From positions 3,472 to 67,471 of the forward strand of contig DATIZY010000017.1 in assembly GCA_035516895.1 (NCBI GenBank): a stretch of 64,000 bases of DNA, written 5' to 3'. A program made the position numbers and the translations under genes. Source of the DNA: Thermoanaerobaculia bacterium. Its GTDB lineage: Bacteria; Acidobacteriota; Thermoanaerobaculia; Gp7-AA8. Numbering within the stretch: position 1 is the first letter of the stretch; each line of letters starts with the position of its first letter. Positions 17,390 to 28,340 of this stretch are shown here, piece by piece. The notes below the pieces were generated by a model. It did not search any database and had not been told where the DNA came from. It saw only the letters and a list, made by a program, of their open reading frames with translations.

Positions 17390-18571
17390 GTGCACATCAA
17401 CGACCTGCTGAAAATTGCCGCCGAACGGCGCGCGTCCGACCTCCACATCAAGGTCGGTTCGCACCCCGTCATCCGCGTCGACGGCGAGCTCACTCCGCTC
17501 GTGGAGCTGAAGCGTTTGATGCAGGAAGACACGATCGCCATGGCGTTCTCGATCATGTCTTCGCGGCAGAAGGAAAAGTTCAAAAATAATTACGAAATCG
17601 ATATCGCCTATTCTGTCCCCGGCCTCGGCCGTTTCCGCTGCAACATCTTCCAGCAGCGCGGCACGGTCGGCATGGTCCTCCGCGTCATCCCGGTCAAGAT
17701 CCTCTCGATCCGCGAGCTGATGCTGCCCGTTGTCCTCGAAAGGATCGCCGAAGAGCGGCGCGGGTTGATTCTCTGCACCGGAACGACCGGCTCGGGCAAG
17801 TCGACGACGCTCGCCGCGATGATCGACTACATCAACACGCACCGCACCGAGCACATCATGACGGTCGAGGACCCGATCGAGTTCCTCCACCGCGACAAAA
17901 AATCGATCGTCAATCAGCGCGAAGTCGAAGTCGACACGAAGTCGTTCTCCGGCGCGCTCCGATCGGCACTGCGCCAGGACCCCGACGTCATCCTCGTCGG
18001 CGAAATGCGCGACTACGAGACGATCGAGACCGCGCTGACCGCCGCCGAAACGGGCCACCTCGTGTTCTCGACGCTGCACACGATGGACGCGACCGAGACG
18101 GTCAACCGCATCATCTCGGTCTTCCCGCCGCACCAGCAGAAGCAGATCCGTTTGCAGCTCGCGGCCGTGCTCAAAGCCGTCGTCTCCCTGCGACTTCTCC
18201 CGCGCGCCGACGGCCTCGGCCGCGTTCCGGCGGCGGAAGTGCTCATCTCGACCGCGTACATCCGCGACTGCATCGAGAACAAAGAGAAGACGAAGCTGAT
18301 CAAGGACGCGATCGCGCAGGGCACGTCGCAATACGGCATGCAGACGTTCGACCAGTCGCTCTACACGCTCTACAAGAACGGACTGATCACGCTCGACGAA
18401 GCGCTGCGCCGCGCCTCGAACCCGGACGAATTCCGCCTCAAGCTGCAGGGCATTCAGTCGACCTCGGACATCTCCAAGGAAGAGATGGAGCAGAAGCTCA
18501 CGGTGGGCAGCGCAGGCGAGGCCGATCCGTTCTCGGACGATTCGCCGTTCGACTTCTCGAACCAGGTCTAG
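17390..18571 (+). CDS. pilT: Type IV pilus retraction ATPase PilT (twitching motility protein)
   Basis: DLHI N-terminal motif, Walker A GTTGSGKSTTLAAMI, Asp box and His box (LVGEMRD, TGHLVFSTLHT), and length (393 aa) all match PilT. GTG start preceded by AGGAG. Confidence 0.9.
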   Translation: MHINDLLKIAAERRASDLHIKVGSHPVIRVDGELTPLVELKRLMQEDTIAMAFSIMSSRQKEKFKNNYEIDIAYSVPGLGRFRCNIFQQRGTVGMVLRVIPVKILSIRELMLPVVLERIAEERRGLILCTGTTGSGKSTTLAAMIDYINTHRTEHIMTVEDPIEFLHRDKKSIVNQREVEVDTKSFSGALRSALRQDPDVILVGEMRDYETIETALTAAETGHLVFSTLHTMDATETVNRIISVFPPHQQKQIRLQLAAVLKAVVSLRLLPRADGLGRVPAAEVLISTAYIRDCIENKEKTKLIKDAIAQGTSQYGMQTFDQSLYTLYKNGLITLDEALRRASNPDEFRLKLQGIQSTSDISKEEMEQKLTVGSAGEADPFSDDSPFDFSNQV

Positions 18572-18602
18572 TTGATCGATCTTCGTGTTCGTGCTTCGTG
18601 AG

Positions 18603-18630
18603 GTGGTTCGTCAATGACACTACGAACCAC
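18603..18630 (+). other. Hairpin (9-bp stem GTGGTTCGT/ACGAACCAC, 10-nt loop) embedded in an extended imperfect palindrome with TTCGTG repeats, overlapping the downstream start codon
   Basis: Read directly from the sequence, 32 nt after the pilT stop. The ATG at 18614 of the next ORF lies in the loop. Confidence 0.4.
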
Positions 18631-21265
18631 AAACCACGAACAACGGATCACTCTTCATCTCGCGCTCTCCGGCATCTTCTTTCTGTCCGGCGGCGCGTCG
18701 CTGCTGTTCGAGACGCTGTGGTTCCGCGAGTGCGGTCTCGTCTTCGGCAACAGCGCCTGGGCCTCCGCGATCGTCCTCGGCGCGTTCATGGCGGGCCTGG
18801 CGATCGGGAACCTGATCGCACCAGGACTTCGCGCTGAGCCGCTGCGCGTCTACGCTGCGATCGAGATCACGATCGGTGTCTGCGGCTTTCTTCTCGTCCT
18901 CGTTCTGCCGCTGCTTTCGCCCGCATTCGCGCCGCTGTTCCGGCATCTCCTCGATTCGCCGATGCTCAACGCGGCGCGCCTCGTCGGCGCGTTCGTGTTG
19001 CTCGTGATTCCGGCCACCGGAATGGGCGCAACGCTGCCAACGCTCGTTCGCGCGCTCTCTCGGCGCGACGAGAGCTTCGGCCGCGTCCTCGGCCTGCTCT
19101 ACGGGTTCAATACGATCGGCGCGGTCGCCGGCGCGCTCGCCGGCGAGCTGATTCTCATTCGCGCGCTGGGCGTCCGCGGCACGGGCGCGTTTGCGGCGCT
19201 CTGCTCGATCACGGCGGGCGTATTGGCGTCACGACTGCGTGGCGCCGGCTCTCAGCCGGCGCAGAGCCGGTTCAGAAGCGGCTCTACCCCGATACGCTTT
19301 CTCCTCGCTGCCGCCTGCTCCGGCTTCGCCCTGCTGGCGCTCGAAGTGATCTGGTTCCGCTTCGTCCTGTTTTTCGTCGTCTCGACGAGCATCGCGTTCG
19401 CCGTAATGCTGGCGGTCGTCCTGGCCGGGATCGGCATCGGCGCGCTCATCGCATCGACGATCTGGAATCGCTTTCCGGACGCCGACGCGTACACGCCCGT
19501 GGTCGCCGCGGGATCGGCGGCGGCACTCGTGCTCTGCTACAGCGGCTTTTCGCCGATGCCGGTCCGGCATCTCGCGTCGAGCATGTTCATCGACGGCGCG
19601 CGTCTGATGCTGCCGGTCAGCATCCTCTCCGGCATTCTCTTCACGTTCATCGGACGTGCCCTCGAGCGCGAGATCAACGACGAATCGCGCGCGGCGGCCC
19701 TGGTCACCTTCGCGAACACCGTCGGTGCGGCGTTCGGCCCGCTCGTCGCCGGCTTCGCCCTGATTCCGTCGATCGGCATCGAAGCGTCGTTCTTCGCGAT
19801 CGGCGTGCTGTACGTCGTCGTCGCGTTGCTCACGATGCGATCGCTGCGCGTCGCGATCGCCGCCGCGGCCATCGCTTCGCTCACGCTCGTCTTTTTTCCG
19901 TGGCACCTCTGGAGGAACTACTTCCTTCCGCTCGCGACGCATCCGTACCGCCAGACGCACATCGTCGCGGTGTCGGAGGCGCCGACGGAGACCGCGGTGT
20001 ACCTCGAAGAAGACATCGCCGGCGATCCGTACGTCTACACGCTCTACACCAATGGGTTTTCGATGTCGGGCACCGCGTTTCCCTCACGGCGCTACATGAG
20101 CATGTTCGTCTATCTGCCGATCGCGCTGCGTCCGCAAACGAAGAGCGCGCTGCTGATCAGCTACGGCGTCGGCATCACCGCGAAGACTCTCACGCGGACG
20201 AAGCAGCTCGAATCGATCGATGTCGTCGACATCTCCCGCTCGATCCTCGACCACGGCCGCATCATCTGGCCGGGCGCGTCGTATCCGCTCGCCGATCCGC
20301 GCGTGCACGTGCACGTCGAGGACGGCCGCTTCTTTCTGCTGGCCACGCCGAAACGTTTCGATCTGATCACTGCCGAGCCGCCGCCGCCGAAAAATGCGGG
20401 CATCGTCAATCTCTACACGCGCGAGTATTTCCAGCTCATGCACGACCGCCTGACCGATCGCGGCATCGCGTCGTACTGGCTGCCGGCCTATCAGATGTCG
20501 CAATCCGACAACCTGGCGATCATCCGCGCGTTCTGCGATGTGTTCGACGACTGCAGCCTCTGGACGGGCGCACGCGCGGAGTGGATTCTCGTCGGCAGCC
20601 GGGGAGCCGATACGGCGCCCAGTGAGGAGGATTTTTCGCGGCAGTGGAGCGATCCGGCGACCCGCGCGTCGCTCGTCCGCATCGGTGTGGAGCGGCCGGA
20701 TCAGATGGCGACGACATTTCTCGCCGACGCGCCGATCCTCGAGCGCCTCACCGCGAATGCGAAGCCGCTCACCGACGATCATCCGCTGCGGCTCAGCGCC
20801 GAGATTCCGGTCGGCCTCTGCGATCTGATCTACGAAGTCACCGGCAACGCGCCGCGCGCGTTTCTCACGAGCGATTTCATTCGCCGGATTCTGCCGCCGC
20901 GAATTCGTGCCGCGGCTCCGTCCGACTTTCGCGCGCAGCAGGTCTTCGACGCGACTCTCTACGCGGAGCTCGGCATGAAGTCGCCGCGATCGCCGGAGCT
21001 CGTCCGAGCGCTCGTGACCCAGACGAACCTTCGTGCGCTGCCGCGCCTCGTGATGGGCAGCGACTTCTGGCTCGAGGACATCGCGCTGCGCGCGCGTGCG
21101 CGCGGCAGCCGCGATCCCTATCTCGCGTACATCGCGGCCGTCGGCGCGCTCAGCGATCACGACTTCGCCCGCGCCCGCGACCTTTTCGCCGAGGCGCGGA
21201 GGGGGTTGCCGAAGGCGAGCGAGATTCCGCAGTACGAGGCGCTCGCGTCGTCGCTCGCGCGGTAG
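18614..21265 (+). CDS. Fused polytopic membrane (MFS-like) / spermidine-synthase-like protein
   Basis: About 12 predicted transmembrane helices in the N-terminal ~450 aa. The C-terminal part has a spermidine synthase (PABS)-like methyltransferase fold: ALLISYGVGITAKTL ... VDVVDIS ... DPRVHVHVEDGRFFL ... FDLITAEPPPP. Confidence 0.75.
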   Translation: MTLRTTNHEQRITLHLALSGIFFLSGGASLLFETLWFRECGLVFGNSAWASAIVLGAFMAGLAIGNLIAPGLRAEPLRVYAAIEITIGVCGFLLVLVLPLLSPAFAPLFRHLLDSPMLNAARLVGAFVLLVIPATGMGATLPTLVRALSRRDESFGRVLGLLYGFNTIGAVAGALAGELILIRALGVRGTGAFAALCSITAGVLASRLRGAGSQPAQSRFRSGSTPIRFLLAAACSGFALLALEVIWFRFVLFFVVSTSIAFAVMLAVVLAGIGIGALIASTIWNRFPDADAYTPVVAAGSAAALVLCYSGFSPMPVRHLASSMFIDGARLMLPVSILSGILFTFIGRALEREINDESRAAALVTFANTVGAAFGPLVAGFALIPSIGIEASFFAIGVLYVVVALLTMRSLRVAIAAAAIASLTLVFFPWHLWRNYFLPLATHPYRQTHIVAVSEAPTETAVYLEEDIAGDPYVYTLYTNGFSMSGTAFPSRRYMSMFVYLPIALRPQTKSALLISYGVGITAKTLTRTKQLESIDVVDISRSILDHGRIIWPGASYPLADPRVHVHVEDGRFFLLATPKRFDLITAEPPPPKNAGIVNLYTREYFQLMHDRLTDRGIASYWLPAYQMSQSDNLAIIRAFCDVFDDCSLWTGARAEWILVGSRGADTAPSEEDFSRQWSDPATRASLVRIGVERPDQMATTFLADAPILERLTANAKPLTDDHPLRLSAEIPVGLCDLIYEVTGNAPRAFLTSDFIRRILPPRIRAAAPSDFRAQQVFDATLYAELGMKSPRSPELVRALVTQTNLRALPRLVMGSDFWLEDIALRARARGSRDPYLAYIAAVGALSDHDFARARDLFAEARRGLPKASEIPQYEALASSLAR

Positions 21266-21274
21266 ACTGCCGGC

Positions 21275-21769
21275 GTGGACGATCGCGACCTCTGCTACGC
21301 ATCGAGTCTGCGGATCCTGAAGTATCGCTTCAACAGCACGGCCGAGCTGCGGCGGAAGCTGCGGTCGAAAGGTTTCGATCGCGAAACGATCGAAGCGACG
21401 CTCGCGCGTTTGCGCGAGGAGAAGTGGCTCGACGACGCGCGCTTTGCCGCTGCGTTCGTCCGCACGCAGGCGCTCAAGCGCAAGGGGCGGCGGCGCATCC
21501 GCCGCGAGCTGATGGGAGCGGGCGTCGACGACGCGACGATTGCGAACGCCGTCGCGGAGAATGTCGATGCCGAGGGCGAGCGCGAGCGCGCGGCGGCGGC
21601 GGCGCAAAAGCGGCTGCCGATTCTCGCCAGACGCTACGGGTCGGAGGACGTGCGAAACAAATTGCGCGCGTATTTGTTGAAGCAGGGTTACGAAGCGTCA
21701 CTCGTATACGATGTGGTCGCTGATTTGATCAAGCGAGCGGCGAGCGGCGAGCAGCGAGCGGACGATTGA
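21275..21769 (+). CDS. recX: RecX regulatory protein
   Basis: Three-repeat helical architecture with AELRRKLRSKGF, EEKWLDDARFAAAFVR and RKGRRRIRRELMGAGV motifs. Lies immediately upstream of alaS, a conserved arrangement. Confidence 0.75.
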   Translation: MDDRDLCYASSLRILKYRFNSTAELRRKLRSKGFDRETIEATLARLREEKWLDDARFAAAFVRTQALKRKGRRRIRRELMGAGVDDATIANAVAENVDAEGERERAAAAAQKRLPILARRYGSEDVRNKLRAYLLKQGYEASLVYDVVADLIKRAASGEQRADD

Positions 21770-21811
21770 ACACCGCTTGCCGCTCGCCGGCCGCCCCTCG
21801 CCGGAGGCACG

Positions 21812-24496
21812 GTGCCGAGCGCTGACGAGATCCGCAGAACATTCCTCGACTACTTCGTCCGCAACGGACATCGCGAAGTGGCCAGCTCGTCGCTCGTTCC
21901 GGCCGGCGACCCGACGCTGCTCTTCACCAACGCCGGCATGAACCAGTTCAAAGACGTTTTCCTCGGCCGCGAGCCGCGCGATTACAAGCGCGCGACGACG
22001 TCGCAGAAATGCGTGCGCGCCGGCGGAAAGCACAACGATCTCGAAAACGTCGGCCGCACCGCGCGCCATCTCACGTTTTTCGAGATGCTCGGCAATTTCT
22101 CGTTCGGCGATTACTTCAAAGCCGACGCGATCCGCTTCGCGTGGGATCTGCTCGTCAACGGCTACAAGCTCGACAAGAACCGATTGTGGTTCACGGTGTT
22201 CGAAGGCGACGATGCGGTTCCGGCGGACGACGAAGCCGCGGATCTCTGGGTGAACGTCGGCGCTCCGCGCGATCGCGTGCTGCGCTTCGGCAAGAAGGAC
22301 AACTTCTGGTCGATGGGCGACACCGGTCCCTGCGGGCCGTGCTCGGAGATCCATTACTTCCGCGGCGAAGACATGTCGAAGAACACCGCCGCGCTCGTCA
22401 ACGGCCCCGGCGACGACACGATGGAGATCTGGAACCTCGTGTTCATGCAGTACGACCGCGATGCGGACGGCAAGCTCACGCCGCTGCCCGCGCCGTCGGT
22501 CGACACGGGCATGGGCCTCGAGCGCCTGACGAGCGTGCTGCAGAGGGTCGATACGGTTTACGACACGGATTCGTTCCGCACGATCATGAATGCGATCGCG
22601 GATTGCGCCGGGCGCGCATACGGCGGCGACATGGAGGACGAGCTCGACACCGCGATGCGCGTGCTTTGCGATCATGCGCGCTCGTCGACGTTCCTCATCA
22701 GCGACGGCGTCATTCCGGCGAACGAAGGCCGCGGCTATGTGCTGCGGCGCATCATCCGCCGCGCGATCCGCTTCGGACGAAAGCTGCCGAACGCCGTGCT
22801 GCTGTCGCAGCTCGTCGAGTCGGTGATCGCAGCGATGGGAGGCGCATATCCCGAGCTGAAATCGCGGCGACAGGCTGTTCTCGCGACGCTCACGGCCGAA
22901 GAGGAGCGCTTCTCGCGAACGCTGACCACCGGCATGGAGCGGGTCGGCCAGCTTCTCGACGAGATTCGCGCCCGCGGCGAGCGCACGATTTCAGGCGAGG
23001 AAGTCTTCCGCCTCTACGACACGTACGGCATTCCGATCGAGCTGATCGGCGAGATGGCCGAAGAGGAAGGCGTCACGCTCGACCGCGAAGGATTCGAGAC
23101 GATGATGGCCGGCGCGCGCGAGAAAGCGAAAGCGTCGTCGAAGTTCAAGAGCTCGACCGACGCGGCGACATTCGCGCGCATCGCCGAGAAAGTCGGGCCG
23201 GTCGAGTTCGTCGGCTACGAGCAGTTCGTCGACGTGCCATCGAGTGTCAAAGCGATTCTCATTGACGGCGAGGAGCAGGTCGTCCTGCATCACGGCACGG
23301 AAGGCGACGTCGTCCTCACGCCGACGCCGTTCTACGCCGAATCGGGCGGACAGATCGGCGACGCCGGAACGCTCGAGTGGGAGGGCGGCCGCGCGACCGT
23401 GCTCGACACGCAGAAGCCGGTCGGCGATCTCGTCGTTTCCCGCGTACGTGTCGACGAAGGCCACCTCGCGCACGGAAGCACGGTCCGCGCGAGCGTGCCC
23501 GTGCCGACACGCCTCGACACCACCGCGAATCACACGGCCACACACCTGCTGCACAAAGCGCTGAAGGACGTGTTAGGCGAGACCGTGCAGCAGGCGGGAT
23601 CGCTCGTCGCGCCCGATCGTCTGCGCTTCGACTACACGTATCACCAGCCGCTCACCGATGAACAGACGAAGCGCATCGAAGATCTTGTGAACGAGAAGAT
23701 CCGCGAGAACGTGCAGGTCACGAAGACCGTCATGCCCATCGCCGAGGCGAGGAAGAGCGGCGCGGTGGCGATGTTCGGGGAGAAGTACGGCGACAGTGTG
23801 CGCATCGTCGCGGCCGGCGACTGGTCGCGCGAGTTCTGCGGCGGATGCCACGTCGACCGCACCGGCGACATCGGCGTGTTCAAGATCGTCTCCGATCGAT
23901 CGCTCGCCGCCGGCGTGCGGCGCATGGAAGCGCTCACTGGACGCGGCGCGCTCGCGTATTTCCAGAACCTCGACGAATCGGCGCACGAGCTCCAGCAGCA
24001 GCTCAACGCGCGTTTGCCCGAGGTGCCGGCGTTCGTCCGCTCGCTGCAGGAAAAGCAGAAGCAGCTCGAGCGCGAGGTCAAGCAGCTGCGCATGAAACTG
24101 GCGTCAGGCGCCGGGTCACAGGCGTCGGAAGGTCCGATTCAGGTCGACGGCGTGTGGCTCGTCCGGCTGCGGATCGACGACATGAGCGCCGGAGATCTGC
24201 GCAACCTTGCCGATCAGGAGAGGTCCCGACTGAAGGGCGCCGGAGTCGTGGTCATCGGAAGCAGCAGCACGAACGAAGGCAAAGTCACGCTGCTGACCGC
24301 CGTGACGAAAGACCTCGTCGATCGCGTGCCGGCGAACACGCTGATTCAGAAGCTCGCGCCGATCGTCGGAGGCAAAGGCGGCGGCAAAGCCGATCTCGCG
24401 CAGGCCGGCGGAAAAGACGCCGGCAAGCTCGACGACGCTCTCGACAGCGCGCAGGGCGCGCTGCGAGAGCTCTTGTCCGCTACTGCTGAAGTGTGA
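21812..24496 (+). CDS. alaS: Alanine--tRNA ligase
   Basis: N-terminal IRRTFLDYFVRNGHREVASSSLVP..DPTLLFTNAGMNQFK, a C-terminal editing domain and C-Ala domain, 894 aa. Confidence 0.95.
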   Translation: MPSADEIRRTFLDYFVRNGHREVASSSLVPAGDPTLLFTNAGMNQFKDVFLGREPRDYKRATTSQKCVRAGGKHNDLENVGRTARHLTFFEMLGNFSFGDYFKADAIRFAWDLLVNGYKLDKNRLWFTVFEGDDAVPADDEAADLWVNVGAPRDRVLRFGKKDNFWSMGDTGPCGPCSEIHYFRGEDMSKNTAALVNGPGDDTMEIWNLVFMQYDRDADGKLTPLPAPSVDTGMGLERLTSVLQRVDTVYDTDSFRTIMNAIADCAGRAYGGDMEDELDTAMRVLCDHARSSTFLISDGVIPANEGRGYVLRRIIRRAIRFGRKLPNAVLLSQLVESVIAAMGGAYPELKSRRQAVLATLTAEEERFSRTLTTGMERVGQLLDEIRARGERTISGEEVFRLYDTYGIPIELIGEMAEEEGVTLDREGFETMMAGAREKAKASSKFKSSTDAATFARIAEKVGPVEFVGYEQFVDVPSSVKAILIDGEEQVVLHHGTEGDVVLTPTPFYAESGGQIGDAGTLEWEGGRATVLDTQKPVGDLVVSRVRVDEGHLAHGSTVRASVPVPTRLDTTANHTATHLLHKALKDVLGETVQQAGSLVAPDRLRFDYTYHQPLTDEQTKRIEDLVNEKIRENVQVTKTVMPIAEARKSGAVAMFGEKYGDSVRIVAAGDWSREFCGGCHVDRTGDIGVFKIVSDRSLAAGVRRMEALTGRGALAYFQNLDESAHELQQQLNARLPEVPAFVRSLQEKQKQLEREVKQLRMKLASGAGSQASEGPIQVDGVWLVRLRIDDMSAGDLRNLADQERSRLKGAGVVVIGSSSTNEGKVTLLTAVTKDLVDRVPANTLIQKLAPIVGGKGGGKADLAQAGGKDAGKLDDALDSAQGALRELLSATAEV

Positions 24497-25727
24497 TCGT
24501 CGCCGGCAACGAGTCGACCGTTCCGCATGCGTTCGATACGCGCACCCAATACATCGTCGGGTCCTTGAGGCCGGTGACGGTCATCGTGTCGGTCGTGCCG
24601 CTTGCGAGGGGTGCTGTGGTTACACCGGGAATTCCCTGGTACCACTGATACACGAAGGGTCCGGTTCCTTCGACCGCGACTTTGAGCGATGCGGTCTCGC
24701 CGCGGTTCAACCGCGAGCTGTGCGGCTGATTGATGCCCAGAATCCGAGGCGGATCGCACAGAATGCCGACGGGGAACACGGCTGAGGATTGCGTGCCGTC
24801 CGGCGTACTCGCAGTCACCGTGACCTGATACACGCGCGGAAACGTCATCGCTTCCGTATGGATCGTCACGACCGCGTCGCCGATACCGGGAGCGGGAATC
24901 GTTTGCGGCGAGATCGAAACCGTGAACGCATCGTTCGGCCCCGCGTTGCTCGTTGCTGCGAGAGCGACGTCTCCGTTGAAGGTCGGAAGCGTGGCCGTCG
25001 AGATCAGAACCGTCGTCTCGGCACCGTTCGGCAAATACAGCGGCTGCTGGCGGACCGAGCTCGGGAGGACCACGGTCACGTTTTTCGGCGGCGGGGGCGG
25101 CGCGGGGGCGGGCGAGCCGCCGGGCGTCGTACCGCCGCCGCAATCGACTCCGCTCGTATCGGCGTACGTCAGCGTGCCGCGCAGCGCAGTCGCTCCGCCT
25201 TCGCAATGCTGTTCGAACGTGGCGCTGAATTCGGCGACGTGCGGATTGAGAGTGCCGGCATCGTTTTGTTTGCAGTCGATCGTGAGGCTGGTAATCGTGA
25301 ACGTACCTGTGTCCGTGTTACAACCGCGCCCGTTTCCGGTAATGGACAGTCCCGGGTGGCCGGGGTCTTCGAAGGGCCACCGCATCGCGTTCGTGTATGT
25401 CCCGGCCGCGAGCGCCTCGTTGAGCATCGCGGTCGAGAAAACCAGGTCCCAATTAGTTCCGACTCCCGGCGCACCGCCGCCTGTGGACGACGCCTGGAAG
25501 TTGAACTCCACAGTATCGATCGTGCTCGTCGAGGCGCCTCCCTGCAAGTCTGCGGTCCAGGCGCCGTCGTTCTGAGTTATGTTCCAGGTCAAGCCCTGAC
25601 CGATGAAGTCACCGCTGTCGCTCTTCATCGTCAAGGTAACTGTCTGCGTTCCCGTTGTTTGAGCGAATGCAGCAACCGACAGTATGCTCAGCGCGAGCAC
25701 GCATGGCGCCCAGACACGAATTGCCAT
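24480..25727 (-). CDS. Secreted protein with C-terminal Ig-like domain (hypothetical)
   Basis: Signal peptide MAIRVWAPCVLALSILSVAAFAQ, a Pro-rich linker (PAPAPPPPP), and a C-terminal segment (PFVYQWYQG...MYWVRVSNACGTVDS) resembling an Ig I-set-like domain. Converges on alaS with a 17-nt overlap. Confidence 0.55.
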   Translation of the reverse strand: MAIRVWAPCVLALSILSVAAFAQTTGTQTVTLTMKSDSGDFIGQGLTWNITQNDGAWTADLQGGASTSTIDTVEFNFQASSTGGGAPGVGTNWDLVFSTAMLNEALAAGTYTNAMRWPFEDPGHPGLSITGNGRGCNTDTGTFTITSLTIDCKQNDAGTLNPHVAEFSATFEQHCEGGATALRGTLTYADTSGVDCGGGTTPGGSPAPAPPPPPKNVTVVLPSSVRQQPLYLPNGAETTVLISTATLPTFNGDVALAATSNAGPNDAFTVSISPQTIPAPGIGDAVVTIHTEAMTFPRVYQVTVTASTPDGTQSSAVFPVGILCDPPRILGINQPHSSRLNRGETASLKVAVEGTGPFVYQWYQGIPGVTTAPLASGTTDTMTVTGLKDPTMYWVRVSNACGTVDSLPATITLQQ

Positions 25728-25782
25728 CGCCTTCCCCCCTGCCGAAAATAACCAGAACGAAAATATTGTACCTCAATTTGTA

Positions 25783-26523
25783 ATGACGACACACGCGTGG
25801 GGAACACAGCCTGAGATGTTCGGGCCGAGGCACGAGCACCGGCTCGCAATTATTTTGAGGGAGGCCCGGTGCCTGCCGGCCGCCGGTCGCGTCCTCGATG
25901 CCGCGGTCGGCCTCGGTCAGCTTGCAGATCGTCTGGCTGCGAGCGGCCTGCGGCCGGTCGGGATCGATGCGTCGTTCGAGGCCGTGCTCCACGTCCGCCG
26001 CACCACGGCGATTCCGGTGGTCCTCGGCGACCTCACGCGGCTGCCGTTTCGGGATCGCGTGTTCGACGGAGTGACGACCGGCGAGACGCTCGAGCACCTC
26101 GATGACGACGCGGGCGCGGCGGGCGAGATCGGCCGCGTTCTGAAGCGGGACGGATCGGTGATCGCCACCGTGCCCGCACTGCAGTCGCTCTGGTCGGCGA
26201 GTGACGATTACTACGAGCATCGCCGCCGCTACTCGCGCGAGCAGCTCGCGAATCTGTTTCGCCGCGCCGGCCTAACAGTGCGCCGCGCGCGCTACTGGGG
26301 GTTCCCGGTCGTACTCACGTACGACACGCTGTTTCTGCTGCCGATGAACAAACGCCGCGCGCGGCGAAGCGTTGCGAGCGACGCCGCGCTGCAATCGGTG
26401 GCGCGGGCGGGACGCTCGCGCGCGCTCGTCGGGCTGGTGCGCGCGGCCTTTGCAGTCGATCGGCTGTTCGGCTGGGTCCCGTTCGGGCCCGGACTATTGC
26501 TGGTCGCACGAAAGTTAGAATGA
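25783..26523 (+). CDS. Class I SAM-dependent methyltransferase
   Basis: Motif I VLDAAVGLGQLADRLA (GxGxG-like), motif post-I IDAS, and acidic loop FDGVTTGETLEHL. Start at the internal Met to avoid the Arg-rich upstream stretch. Confidence 0.65.
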   Translation: MTTHAWGTQPEMFGPRHEHRLAIILREARCLPAAGRVLDAAVGLGQLADRLAASGLRPVGIDASFEAVLHVRRTTAIPVVLGDLTRLPFRDRVFDGVTTGETLEHLDDDAGAAGEIGRVLKRDGSVIATVPALQSLWSASDDYYEHRRRYSREQLANLFRRAGLTVRRARYWGFPVVLTYDTLFLLPMNKRRARRSVASDAALQSVARAGRSRALVGLVRAAFAVDRLFGWVPFGPGLLLVARKLE

Positions 26524-26529
26524 GACGTC

Positions 26530-28173
<1,644 letters not shown>

Positions 28174-28178
28174 CTCGC

Positions 28179-28329
28179 ATGAGTGCTATCATCTCTCGCA
28201 CATGATCACCACTGCCCGAATCTTCGCGCTGTTTTTTAGCCGCGACAGAGCGGGCTCGGTGACCGTCTAACAAACGTTCGCGAACAGAATCGAGGCCCGC
28301 TACCGCAAGGCAGCGGGCCTTTTTGTTTT
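28179..28329 (+). promoter_or_regulatory. Candidate pheA leader-peptide transcription attenuator
   Basis: A 22-codon mini-ORF (28202..28270) encodes MITTARIFALFFSRDRAGSVTV with 3 Phe in 5 residues. It is preceded by an 8-codon mini-ORF overlapping via ATGA. The segment AGCGGGC (28249..28255) can pair with GCCCGCT (28296..28302) as an antiterminator, as an alternative to the downstream terminator stem. Confidence 0.3.
28293..28329 (+). terminator. Intrinsic terminator: perfect 9-bp GC-rich stem (AGGCCCGCT/AGCGGGCCT), 10-nt loop, then TTTTGTTTT
   Basis: Read directly from the sequence. Lies between the mutase gene and the pheA RBS (GGAGGA at 28331). Confidence 0.7.
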
Positions 28330-28340
28330 CGGAGGAAATC

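Noticed and set aside
20084-21607. 507-aa minus-strand ORF antisense to the spermidine-synthase-like gene and recX
   Set aside because: A shadow ORF. The opposite-strand genes have clear family signatures.
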